A stretch of DNA of 64,000 nucleotides from an uncultured Actinomycetes bacterium (GTDB taxonomy: Bacteria; Actinomycetota; Thermoleophilia; RBG-16-64-13): assembly GCA_963841735.1 (NCBI GenBank), contig CAWJDT010000004.1, positions 128,001 to 192,000 on the forward strand, written 5' to 3'. Position 1 is the first letter of the stretch. Each line of letters opens with the position of its first letter. The translations under genes were made by a program, and so were the position numbers. Shown here piece after piece: positions 49,356-58,300 of the stretch. The notes beneath the pieces are model-generated. The model did no database searches, was not told the origin of the DNA, and saw only the letters and a list, made by a program, of their open reading frames with translations.

Positions 49356-50454
49356 CCATCGAGGCGACTGACGGGGACGCCCGCGCGGGTCTACTCGCGA
49401 CGCCCAGGGGAGTGGTCCGCACACCTTGCTTCATGCCTGTGGGCACCAAAGGCACGGTGAAGGCAATGACCCCGGAGGGCCTGCGCAACGTGGGTGCGCA
49501 GATCATCCTGGCGAACACATACCATCTGGCTCTGCGTCCAGGCAGCGACGTCGTGAGGCGACTCGGGGGGTTGCACCGCTTCATGCACTGGGATGGACCC
49601 ATCCTGACCGACAGTGGCGGCTATCAGGTGTTCAGCCTGCGTGACACGGCGCGGGTGGAGGAGCAGGGCGTGAGCTTCCGCTCTATCTACGACGGGTCGG
49701 CGCAGGTCTTTACTCCCGAGCGGGCCATGGCGGAGCAGGCGGCGCTGGGAGCCGACTTCGTGATGTGCTTCGATCAATGTCCTCCCGGGACGGCCTCTGA
49801 TAAAGAGGTCGCCGAGGCCGTGGAGCGTACGGCTAATTGGGCCCGTCGCTGCAAAGGGGTCCACCAAGAGCGTGGGAGGCCTGGGCACGATGGACCCCAG
49901 ATGCTGCTAGGCATCGTCCAGGGAGGGGTAGCGCGGAGTTGCGCCGAGAGAGCGTGGAGCGGACCGTGGAGTTGAAGTTTCCAGGCTATGCCATCGGAGG
50001 TCTTACCGTGGGCGAAGACAGAGAGGCGATGCTCGACACTACAGCTTTGACCGCTTCGCTTCTGCCTCTCGATAGACTGCGCTACTTCATGGGTATAGGC
50101 GATCCGGTGGGGTTGATCGAGGTGATCGCCCGGGGGGTGGACATATTCGACTGCGTGCTCCCCACCCGCACGGCTAGGATGGGCACTGCGTTCACAAAAG
50201 CCGGCCGACTCAATATGCGCAACGCGAAGCATGCCCTCTCGCAGGCGCCCCTCCAAGAAGGCTGCCCTTGTACCGCTTGCACGGGGTTCTCCCGTGGCGC
50301 GATAAGGCATTTTGTCATGCAGAAGGAGATCCTCGGTCTTCTGCTCCTGACCGAACACAATCTGTGTTTCCTGGCGAGGTTGGTAGAGGATGCCCGTCGC
50401 GCGATAGTGGAGGGAACCTTCACCGCATTTCGCCGTGAGGCCGGCAGCGCGTGA
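49319..50454 (+). CDS. tgt: tRNA-guanine transglycosylase, frameshift near 49930
   Basis: TPCFMPVGT, NTYHL, LTDSGGYQ, FDQC, GIVQGG, GGLTVGE, DCVLPTR, CPCTAC, HN. Confidence 0.96.
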
Positions 50455-50516
50455 TAACATAACGCGTTGCGTAAGGAGTCATTTCCCGCAAGCGGGCGGT
50501 TTTCAACAAGGAGGAT

Positions 50517-50915
50517 ATGTTGGGCAGCTACTGGCTGATCATCTACGTGGTGGCATTTATAGGTATTTTCTACTTCATGGCCATCAAGCCACAGCAGAAA
50601 CAGCGCAGGGCTCATCAGGAGCTTCTGTCGTCGCTCAAGAAGGGCGATCGTATAAGCACTGCTGCTGGGATCTACGGCACTGTCAAGCGCATCGAGGATA
50701 ACGTCGTGGTGGTCGAGATCGCCAAGGGCGTGACCATGAAGATAGCGCGGCGCGCCGTCAGTGAGATCCTCAACAAAGACAGCGACGAGGGTCGTGCGGC
50801 TGCTCCCGAGGGGGCTTCCCGCAGGGGTAAGTCGGCGCAGACGGAGATCGAAGAGGTTGTTGACGAGACCCAGACCGACGACGGCGATGATACCGAGGGC
50901 GAAGACCAGGCGTAG
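50517..50915 (+). CDS. yajC: Preprotein translocase subunit YajC
   Basis: TM helix then FYFMAIKPQQKQ, LKKGD.I.TAAGIYG; acidic tail. Confidence 0.94.
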   Translation: MLGSYWLIIYVVAFIGIFYFMAIKPQQKQRRAHQELLSSLKKGDRISTAAGIYGTVKRIEDNVVVVEIAKGVTMKIARRAVSEILNKDSDEGRAAAPEGASRRGKSAQTEIEEVVDETQTDDGDDTEGEDQA

Positions 50916-51023
50916 TATGTATTCGACCTGTACGGGGTGAAGAACACCGAACTGGTCTTAGGCCCGTGTCGCCATCAGCGCCGGGTCGCGCAATAACGAA
51001 CTGCTGCTCAGGAGGGTGGGTAC

Positions 51024-52454
51024 TTGTCGGCAACAAAGCGTGACGCCCTGGTCCTTGCGCTGGTCGCAATCATGCTTGGGGTGTGTGCATATTTCGCTTT
51101 TCCACTCTCCAAGACCAATCTGGGTCTGGATCTGCAGGGGGGGCTGGCGGTTATCCTCCAGGCAAAGGAATCGGCGGAGGCCACGGACATCTACGGCAGC
51201 ATGGACGCGGCCATCGATAAGGCCAAGACCATCATCAAGGACCGGGTCGACAAGCTCGGTGTAGCCGAGGCCGAGATCCAGCGCCAGGGCGCGACTAAGA
51301 TCAGCGTACAGTTGCCCGGCATCGAGAACACGCAGCAGGCCCTTGATCTCATCGGTAAGACGGCCGTTCTTGAGTTCTTCGACATTGCTGAGTTCGGTCA
51401 AGCGTTTGGCTCCAATGAGGAAGCGCTGGCGAGCGTTGGTGCGGCTACGGCCGACGATCTGCCGAAGGGCTACTCAGTTGTGTTCTGGCCTCAGAAGGAC
51501 GGTGGGGTAGACCAGTACTACGTTGTCACAACTCCGCCACCAGTTACCGGTGCGATGCTCAAGAACGCGCGTTGGGAGTACGGTCAGCTCGATAAGCCCC
51601 AGGTCAGTATGACTTTCAATGCAACTGGAACCGAGGCTTTCGCGGCAATCACCAAGCGTATGGCGGAGACCGGTGCCATCGTGAACGCTCCTCAGCGTCT
51701 GGCCATCGTCCTGGATGGCAGGGTGGAGTCGGCTCCGCAGGTGCATGAGGAGATTTCGGGCGGTCAGGCCGAGATAACCGGCAACTTCACAGTAGAGCAA
51801 GCGAAGAACCTGGAGCTCGTTTTGCAGACGGGTGCGCTACCGGTAGAGCTCGTAGTGGTTAGTCAGAACGCTATCGGGGCGACACTCGGGAAGACCGCTC
51901 TAAATCAAGCTCTGATAGCGGGTGCGGTGGGCTTGTTGCTCATCATGGTCTTCATGGTGGCCTACTATCGGCTGCTTGGGTTGGTCGCGTGTGTGGCTCT
52001 GGTCATCTATAGCGTACTGTTCTTGGGTGTCCTTAATGCGATCGGGGTCACCATGACTCTGCCGGGCATCGCCGGGATGATCCTCACCTTGGGCATGGCG
52101 GTGGACGCGAATGTGCTCATCTTCGCCCGGATGCGCGACGAGGTTGCCGCCGGCAAGACAGTGGCCGCCGCCACGAGCGCGGGCTTCAAGAAGGCCTTCC
52201 GGGCGGTGTTTGACTGCAACATGACCACCATCATTACCGCCCTCATCCTGTTCTGGTCGGCGACGGGCGGCATCAAGGGGTTCGCCCTCACCCTGGGCGT
52301 CGGAGTAGTCCTGTCGTTTCTCACCGCGGTCCTGGTTACGCGTTCGATGCTGAACCTGCTGAGTAGGTGGCGGCCGTTCCGCAACCGCAGACTTCTGGGG
52401 CTACACGTACCTAGGGAGAAGATGCTCTCGATGGATGAAGGAGGTCGTCCATGA
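51024..52454 (+). CDS. secD: Protein translocase subunit SecD
   Basis: LGLDLQGG, RVDKLGVAE, LAIVLDG, GALP, IGATLG, GMAVDANVLIFAR. Confidence 0.96.
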   Translation: MSATKRDALVLALVAIMLGVCAYFAFPLSKTNLGLDLQGGLAVILQAKESAEATDIYGSMDAAIDKAKTIIKDRVDKLGVAEAEIQRQGATKISVQLPGIENTQQALDLIGKTAVLEFFDIAEFGQAFGSNEEALASVGAATADDLPKGYSVVFWPQKDGGVDQYYVVTTPPPVTGAMLKNARWEYGQLDKPQVSMTFNATGTEAFAAITKRMAETGAIVNAPQRLAIVLDGRVESAPQVHEEISGGQAEITGNFTVEQAKNLELVLQTGALPVELVVVSQNAIGATLGKTALNQALIAGAVGLLLIMVFMVAYYRLLGLVACVALVIYSVLFLGVLNAIGVTMTLPGIAGMILTLGMAVDANVLIFARMRDEVAAGKTVAAATSAGFKKAFRAVFDCNMTTIITALILFWSATGGIKGFALTLGVGVVLSFLTAVLVTRSMLNLLSRWRPFRNRRLLGLHVPREKMLSMDEGGRP

Positions 52455-53560
52455 GGGTATTTCACCTGATGCGCTACAAATGGTGGTTCCTTGGCTCTCT
52501 AAGCGCGGTCACGGTCTTTGCCATCGTTCTAGTGTTCATAGTGGGTCTGGACCTGGGCATTGACTTCCGCGGAGGAGTGCGGATGCAGTTCGCCTTGGAA
52601 CAACCGGCCGACGTAGATGGCATCCGGGCGCTGGTCACAAAAGCTGGTGTGCAGGAACCTGTGGTGCAGTCGGTGGGCACGGCTACCACGGGCAGCGCCT
52701 TTATGATCACTGCTGAGCAGGAAGATATGGCGCAGGCCCAGATAGACCAGATCAAAGCCGACCTAGATGCGGCCTACGGACTCGATGAGGCATCCCTGGG
52801 GGTCGAGCAAGTGGGGGGCAGCTTCGGAAAGGAGACAACCAACCGGGCGTTCATAGCCGTGGCCATTGCCGTGCTTGCGATTATCGGCTACCTGTCTTTC
52901 CGCTTTCACTTCAAGTTCGCTATCCCCGCGATCATCGCCTTGGTGCACGACGTAGGGCTGACTTTGGGCATATACGCGGCCAGCGACCGCTTGGTGACTT
53001 CAGCGACGGTTGCCGCCATTCTGACCATCCTGGGCTACTCGGTACACGATACGATCATTGTGTTTGACCGCATGCGCGAGAACACTCTTCTTATGAAGAA
53101 GGAGACCTACGGTGACATGGTCGACCTATCGATTAGGCAGACCATGATCCGTTCCATCAATACCACTGTCGCGATCTTGCTGCCGCTTCTAGCCATTCTG
53201 ATCTTCGGGGGGCCAACCCTGAAGGACTTTGCGCTGGCCCTGACCATCGGAGTAGTATCCGGGACGTATTCGTCGTTCTTTGTGGCGGCGCCACTGGTGA
53301 CCATCTGGAAGGAACGCGAACCTCGGTATCGCAAACGGATAGCGGTGGGCGGCACTGGTGGCATGGGGAACGTCGAGGTCTCTCTCGCGACGGGCGATGT
53401 GAATATGCTCTCTGACAGCGGCAAGACCAGTAGGCCGGGCCAGGCCCCCAAGTCTGCGGGAGCCAAAACGAGTCAGCATCGTTCCGGTCAGAAGGCCACA
53501 GGGGGCAAGAGTTCGGGGAAGAGGCCGACAGGGCAGGGGAGCAAGAAGACTTCGCGTTAG
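52451..53560 (+). CDS. secF: Protein translocase subunit SecF
   Basis: LGIDFRGG, ALVHDV, LTILGYSVHDTIIVFDRMRE, RSINT, GTYSS. Confidence 0.96.
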   Translation: MRVFHLMRYKWWFLGSLSAVTVFAIVLVFIVGLDLGIDFRGGVRMQFALEQPADVDGIRALVTKAGVQEPVVQSVGTATTGSAFMITAEQEDMAQAQIDQIKADLDAAYGLDEASLGVEQVGGSFGKETTNRAFIAVAIAVLAIIGYLSFRFHFKFAIPAIIALVHDVGLTLGIYAASDRLVTSATVAAILTILGYSVHDTIIVFDRMRENTLLMKKETYGDMVDLSIRQTMIRSINTTVAILLPLLAILIFGGPTLKDFALALTIGVVSGTYSSFFVAAPLVTIWKEREPRYRKRIAVGGTGGMGNVEVSLATGDVNMLSDSGKTSRPGQAPKSAGAKTSQHRSGQKATGGKSSGKRPTGQGSKKTSR

Positions 53561-53577
53561 AAGAAGAGGAGGCTACC

Positions 53578-53991
53578 GTGACGGATGAGCCGGGTACCAG
53601 AGCCGAAACCTCCGGCAAGAGCACCGCTTCGCAGAGCATCCGGGAGCTGATTGAGCGCACTTTTCTAGCGGGAATGGGGGCGGCTGCGCTCACTAAGGAC
53701 CGCATTCAAGAAGTCGTCGAGGAGTTCGTTCGCCGAGGGCAACTGGATAGAGAAGAGGGCTTGGACGTCGTAGAGCAGCTCGTGGAGCGGAGCCGCGAAG
53801 AGGCTCGGGCTGTGCTCAAAAAGGCGGACTCGTCCTTGCAGGGAGCGTATAGGGATCTTGGGCTGACTCCAAAAGGCGAGCTGGACGATCTGAGGCTGTT
53901 GGTCGATCAACTCAGTCACAGGGTGTCGCTTTTGGAGGCGGCTGCGGACGTTTCTCGCGGGGACGAATCGGGGGGCACCGCAGCGCGCTAG
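53578..53991 (+). CDS. Phasin/PhaF-like (UbiK/UbiJ-C-like) coiled-coil protein
   Basis: FLAGMGAAALTKDRI..VVEEFVRRGQL..EEG; C-terminal LGLTPKGELDDL...L..RV..LE. Confidence 0.78.
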   Translation: MTDEPGTRAETSGKSTASQSIRELIERTFLAGMGAAALTKDRIQEVVEEFVRRGQLDREEGLDVVEQLVERSREEARAVLKKADSSLQGAYRDLGLTPKGELDDLRLLVDQLSHRVSLLEAAADVSRGDESGGTAAR

Positions 53992-54030
53992 ACGGTTCCC
54001 GCCGGACAGGCGGTAGACTAGGGGGTTGTT

Positions 54031-55710
54031 TTGCCGTCATCGCGGATCAGGCACCCGAGCTTCATAACGAGGCTACGCAATCTCGAACGGATGCGTGAGA
54101 TCACCGAGGTCGCGGTCCGTCACGGATTCGGCTATTTCTTTGAGCGGCACAGGCTATACGCTCTGCTCCGCTTCCGACGGCGTAAGCGTGTACCTCCGCC
54201 GGCCCAACGCGGTAGGCACATTCGGGAGATGCTGGACGAACTGGGGCCGACCTTTGTGAAGTTCGGTCAGCTGCTTAGCACCCGGCCAGACATCGTTCCT
54301 GCGGATATCCTACATGAGTTGGCAAAGCTGCAGGACCAGGTGTTGCCGTTCGACTTCAGCCTGGTGGAGGAAGTTATCCAACGCGACCTCGGGCTGCGTC
54401 TAGACCGACTATTCGAGAGCTTTGAGACAGAGCCTCTCGCCTCAGCTTCCATAGGCCAGGTCCACGGCGCGGTGCTTCCTGGGGGCCTTCGTGTAGTGGT
54501 AAAGGTTCAGCGACCGGAGGCTGCGCGTCTCATTCGGCGCGACCTGGATCTCATGTTGCAGTTTGCCGAGCTGCTTGAGGACAGGATCGACCTAGGCGTG
54601 TCGCCGGTGGGGGTGGTGCAGGAGTTCGCGCGCTCGCTCCACCGGGAACTGGACTATGCGCTCGAGGCCCGAAACGCCATGCGGTTCGCCCAGAACTTCA
54701 AGGACTCGACAGAGGTTGCGGTCCCTGGGATATACGCACGCTACTGCAGCAAGCGAGTGCTCACTATGGAGCGTTTCGATGGGCCTACGCTCAACAGTGA
54801 CCAAGTGGCCGCACTGGACATCGACGAGCGGCGACTACTTGCGCAAGGCATCGCACGCTGCTGGCTGCAGCAGATTCTGCGTGACGGGTTTATCCACGCC
54901 GATCCCCATCCGGCGAACATCGTCTATCTCGGAAATGGACGTTTCGGCATGCTGGATTTTGGCATGGCGGGATTCCTACGCGCCGAGGACCTGGATGAAG
55001 GCACCAAGCTGTTTCTGCACGTCATGCAGTCGGACATCGGAGGAGTGAAGCGCTCGCTGAAGAGGCTGGGTGTGCAGTGGAGTCCGTCTGCGGACGATCT
55101 GGTTACCGAGACCATCGAGGAGAACTTCGCTCGCTACTTCGGTGCGGCCGTCAGAGAGATCGACGTTCGCTCGCTCATCCAGCAGATGTTTGATGTGATC
55201 TACTCGCTACGCCTACGCTTGCCCAGCCGTTTCTTCGTCTTGGACAAGGCCCTACTGACCCTCGAAGGGGTGGTTGGCCAGCTGTATCCCGAAATCAATC
55301 TGTTTGATATAGCCCGGGAGTTCACCGGGGATCTGAAACGCAGGTTGGTCGACCCCCGACGGATCGCCGAACGCGCCAAGCGCTACACCGCGGAGTATGC
55401 GCAGATCGTTGGAGACTACCCCTTTATGCTTCACGATCTGCTTGAAGAGATGCGGGCCGGCGAGCTGGAGATTAAGTACCGGCATACGGGGCTCGAAGAC
55501 GTTACGCACCGTCTGGATCTCATCACGAATAGGCTTGTGGTAGCCCTGGTGAGTATCGCCCTGGGGGCCACCAGCACTGCAGTGGCCATACTCATCGAGG
55601 GAGGCCCTCACGTGGCGGGAGTCTCAGTATGGGGACTGCCTGGCTTCGCGGGATCGCTCTTCTTCGGTCTTTGGCTTATCTACGCGATCATCCGTTCGGG
55701 CAGGCTCTGA
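54031..55710 (+). CDS. AarF/ABC1/UbiB family atypical kinase
   Basis: LGPTFVKFGQLLSTRPD, LASASIGQVH, VVKVQRP, ELDY, HADPHPAN, LDFGM; two C-terminal TM helices. Confidence 0.95.
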   Translation: MPSSRIRHPSFITRLRNLERMREITEVAVRHGFGYFFERHRLYALLRFRRRKRVPPPAQRGRHIREMLDELGPTFVKFGQLLSTRPDIVPADILHELAKLQDQVLPFDFSLVEEVIQRDLGLRLDRLFESFETEPLASASIGQVHGAVLPGGLRVVVKVQRPEAARLIRRDLDLMLQFAELLEDRIDLGVSPVGVVQEFARSLHRELDYALEARNAMRFAQNFKDSTEVAVPGIYARYCSKRVLTMERFDGPTLNSDQVAALDIDERRLLAQGIARCWLQQILRDGFIHADPHPANIVYLGNGRFGMLDFGMAGFLRAEDLDEGTKLFLHVMQSDIGGVKRSLKRLGVQWSPSADDLVTETIEENFARYFGAAVREIDVRSLIQQMFDVIYSLRLRLPSRFFVLDKALLTLEGVVGQLYPEINLFDIAREFTGDLKRRLVDPRRIAERAKRYTAEYAQIVGDYPFMLHDLLEEMRAGELEIKYRHTGLEDVTHRLDLITNRLVVALVSIALGATSTAVAILIEGGPHVAGVSVWGLPGFAGSLFFGLWLIYAIIRSGRL

Positions 55711-55771
55711 AGGGCCATCGGCCCTGTGGCGGCCCGGGGGTGTCCGCCCGGGCCGGTATAGTAGTAGCAGT

Positions 55772-58300
55772 ATGAGTTACCCGATGTCGAAGATCCCCAT
55801 GGCCTGGAAGGTCAACGCCTACTCGTGGCAAGCCGCCCACACATTGGCCGAGGCATTGGGACTACCGCCTGTGGTAGGCATGGTCCTCGCGGGACGGGGG
55901 CTGTCGGATCCTGCTGAGGCACGCGCATTCCTAGGCTGCGCGTTCCCACCCGGCGATCCCTTTCTGTTCTCCGGGATGGAGGGGGCTGTCGCCTTGCTTG
56001 TCTCTGCCATCGACGAGGGCAGACGGATCGTGGTGCACGGCGACTATGACGCCGACGGCATAACGGCCACGGCGCTGATGCTGTTGGGCCTGCGCGAATT
56101 CGGCGTAGAGGCGGAATGGTACTTGCCCAGCAGGTTCGAAGAGGGGTATGGGCTTTCCCGGCGCGCGGTTGAGGCCATCGCCGCCAAGGGGCCCGGTGTG
56201 CTGGTCACCGTTGACTGCGGGGTCAACTACCCCGAGGAGGTGGCCCTGGCGAGGAGCCTTGGCTTGGACACCGTGGTTGTTGACCATCATCAGCCCGGTC
56301 CAGTCCTTCCGGACTGCCATCTCATTCACCCTGTGGCGGGGCGCTACCCGCACGCCGACCTATGTGGAGTCGGCCTAGCATTCAAACTCATGCACGCCCT
56401 GCACGTCACCCGGAATGGGGCCGCACGGGACGTTGTGCCTGAGGCGCTTACGCCGCTTCTCGACCTGGTGGCGGTTGGTACGATCGCCGATCTGGCTTCT
56501 CTCAGAGGCGAGAATCGCTACTTTGTTCGCGAGGGCCTGAAACTCATCGAGATAGGTCAGCGCCTAGGGTTGAGGGCTCTGGCACGGGTGTCGGGATGTA
56601 CCGGCGCAGTGGACTCGGGTACCGTGGCCTATCGGCTGGCACCTCGTCTCAACGCGGCCGGGCGCTTGGCCGACCCCTCGCCGCCGCTCCGGTTGTTGCT
56701 CGCAGATGATGAAGACGAGGCCACCCATCTAGCGGCACAGCTGCACGAACTGAACGGTGCCCGCCAGGACGTCGAGCGCCAGATATTCGAGCAGGCCGTG
56801 TGCCAAGTGGAGGCGCTGGGGGAGTTGCCGCCGGTGCTAGTGTTGGCTGCCGAGGAGTGGCACGAGGGAGTGGTGGGCATAGTAGCGTCTCGCATGGTAG
56901 AGCGCTATCACCGTCCTGCCGTCCTGCTCGGCATCCGAGACGGGGTGGCCAAGGGGTCCGGCAGAAGCATATCCTCGTATGACCTATTATCTGGCCTGGC
57001 GGACTGCGAGCGCTATCTGAGCGTCTACGGGGGTCACACCCAGGCCGTAGGTCTCACCCTCGGCCGAGACTTGGTAGACGACTTCCGGTCTGCGCTTCAA
57101 GAGCACGCCGCATGCGCCATCGAGGCTAGTGACCTGGTGCCCGTCTATGTTGCCGACGCGGTGGTACGCGGCGACGAGCTCGACGCCGACACCGCAGCGG
57201 CGCTGGCCACGCTGGGTCCTTTCGGCAGCGGCAACCCACGGCCGCGACTGATAGTGATCGATGCAGCCATACGCGACGTTGAGACCACCCGTACCGGCTC
57301 TCATCTGCGGTGCAGCATAGTGGCCGACGGCATGCGTGTGCGCGGCATAGGGTTCGGCATGGGCGACTTGGTGGACGAACTGCGCGCCGACCCCGAAGGG
57401 CGGATCGTCGGCGGACAGCTGCGCGTGGACGAATGGCGCGGCACTCTGCGGCCGGAGATCCTACTGGAGCGTGTGAGTTCCATCGCAGAGGGGGAAGGGT
57501 GGGCCCTGGAGTGCAACGACAGTCTGTGCGAGAGCGGCAGACGTACCTCGGCCACGGTGGACACCGGCCTTGATGCTGTGGGGCAGCGTCGTGAGGACTT
57601 CAATCTAGCTGCGGCGCATGATCTACGGGACCGGCATGGGCGCACTGCAGCTTTGGCGCAGGTGCTTGCGACGCGCCAGAGCGTACTTATGTTGACGTGT
57701 TCCATCGCCCTAAGTATGCCCAGCTTGCGGCGGGTGCCGGCCGCCGCGCTGACGAGGGGAGAGGTGGCGTGCGCACATGCCGGAGGTTGTTTGGAAGGCG
57801 GGCTCCCGGTATCGGCGCCCGTGGTCCTAGCAGAGTGGGACCTGGCGGCGGAGTCCCCGGAAATCATTGCCGGACGTTCGCATATAATCGCGCTCGATCC
57901 GCCTTACCGGAGTGCGCATACTCAGATGATGTGGCAATGGTGCCAGCAAGGGGCAGTAGCCCACCTGCTGTATGGCGAGGAAGAGAGGCAAGCGACTGAG
58001 TGGTTCTTGCGACACCTGGTGCACCCGCGCTTCGCCATGGTGTGTTTGTTTCGAGCCATGCAGGATGGCGCCGGAGAAGGATGCGAGCAGAGTTTCACCC
58101 GGGCTGCCATGATCGCCCGAGAGGAGGCACAGGTGGGTCTGAACTGTGCGCGATTGCAGAGAGCGGCACGGATATTGGACGAACTCGGTGTGCAGCACCA
58201 TCCGCTGGGGAAAGCTAAACTTGACACGCGGAGCAGCCCTACCTTTATGGCGGCACAGATGGAATATGAGGAGTGTTTGAGGCTTTGTCGGACCCTCTGA
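55772..58300 (+). CDS. recJ: ssDNA exonuclease RecJ with long C-terminal extension
   Basis: GDYDADG, R..EGYG, TVDCG, DHH, GTIAD, PRLNAAGR, GSGRS, GGH, GPFG.GNP. Confidence 0.95.
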   Translation: MSYPMSKIPMAWKVNAYSWQAAHTLAEALGLPPVVGMVLAGRGLSDPAEARAFLGCAFPPGDPFLFSGMEGAVALLVSAIDEGRRIVVHGDYDADGITATALMLLGLREFGVEAEWYLPSRFEEGYGLSRRAVEAIAAKGPGVLVTVDCGVNYPEEVALARSLGLDTVVVDHHQPGPVLPDCHLIHPVAGRYPHADLCGVGLAFKLMHALHVTRNGAARDVVPEALTPLLDLVAVGTIADLASLRGENRYFVREGLKLIEIGQRLGLRALARVSGCTGAVDSGTVAYRLAPRLNAAGRLADPSPPLRLLLADDEDEATHLAAQLHELNGARQDVERQIFEQAVCQVEALGELPPVLVLAAEEWHEGVVGIVASRMVERYHRPAVLLGIRDGVAKGSGRSISSYDLLSGLADCERYLSVYGGHTQAVGLTLGRDLVDDFRSALQEHAACAIEASDLVPVYVADAVVRGDELDADTAAALATLGPFGSGNPRPRLIVIDAAIRDVETTRTGSHLRCSIVADGMRVRGIGFGMGDLVDELRADPEGRIVGGQLRVDEWRGTLRPEILLERVSSIAEGEGWALECNDSLCESGRRTSATVDTGLDAVGQRREDFNLAAAHDLRDRHGRTAALAQVLATRQSVLMLTCSIALSMPSLRRVPAAALTRGEVACAHAGGCLEGGLPVSAPVVLAEWDLAAESPEIIAGRSHIIALDPPYRSAHTQMMWQWCQQGAVAHLLYGEEERQATEWFLRHLVHPRFAMVCLFRAMQDGAGEGCEQSFTRAAMIAREEAQVGLNCARLQRAARILDELGVQHHPLGKAKLDTRSSPTFMAAQMEYEECLRLCRTL

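Noticed and set aside
17430-49940. Programmed frameshifting, recoding or true pseudogenes
   Set aside because: Several indels per gene in both directions, no consistent slippery site or stimulator, essential genes affected, motifs otherwise intact; sequencing error is simpler
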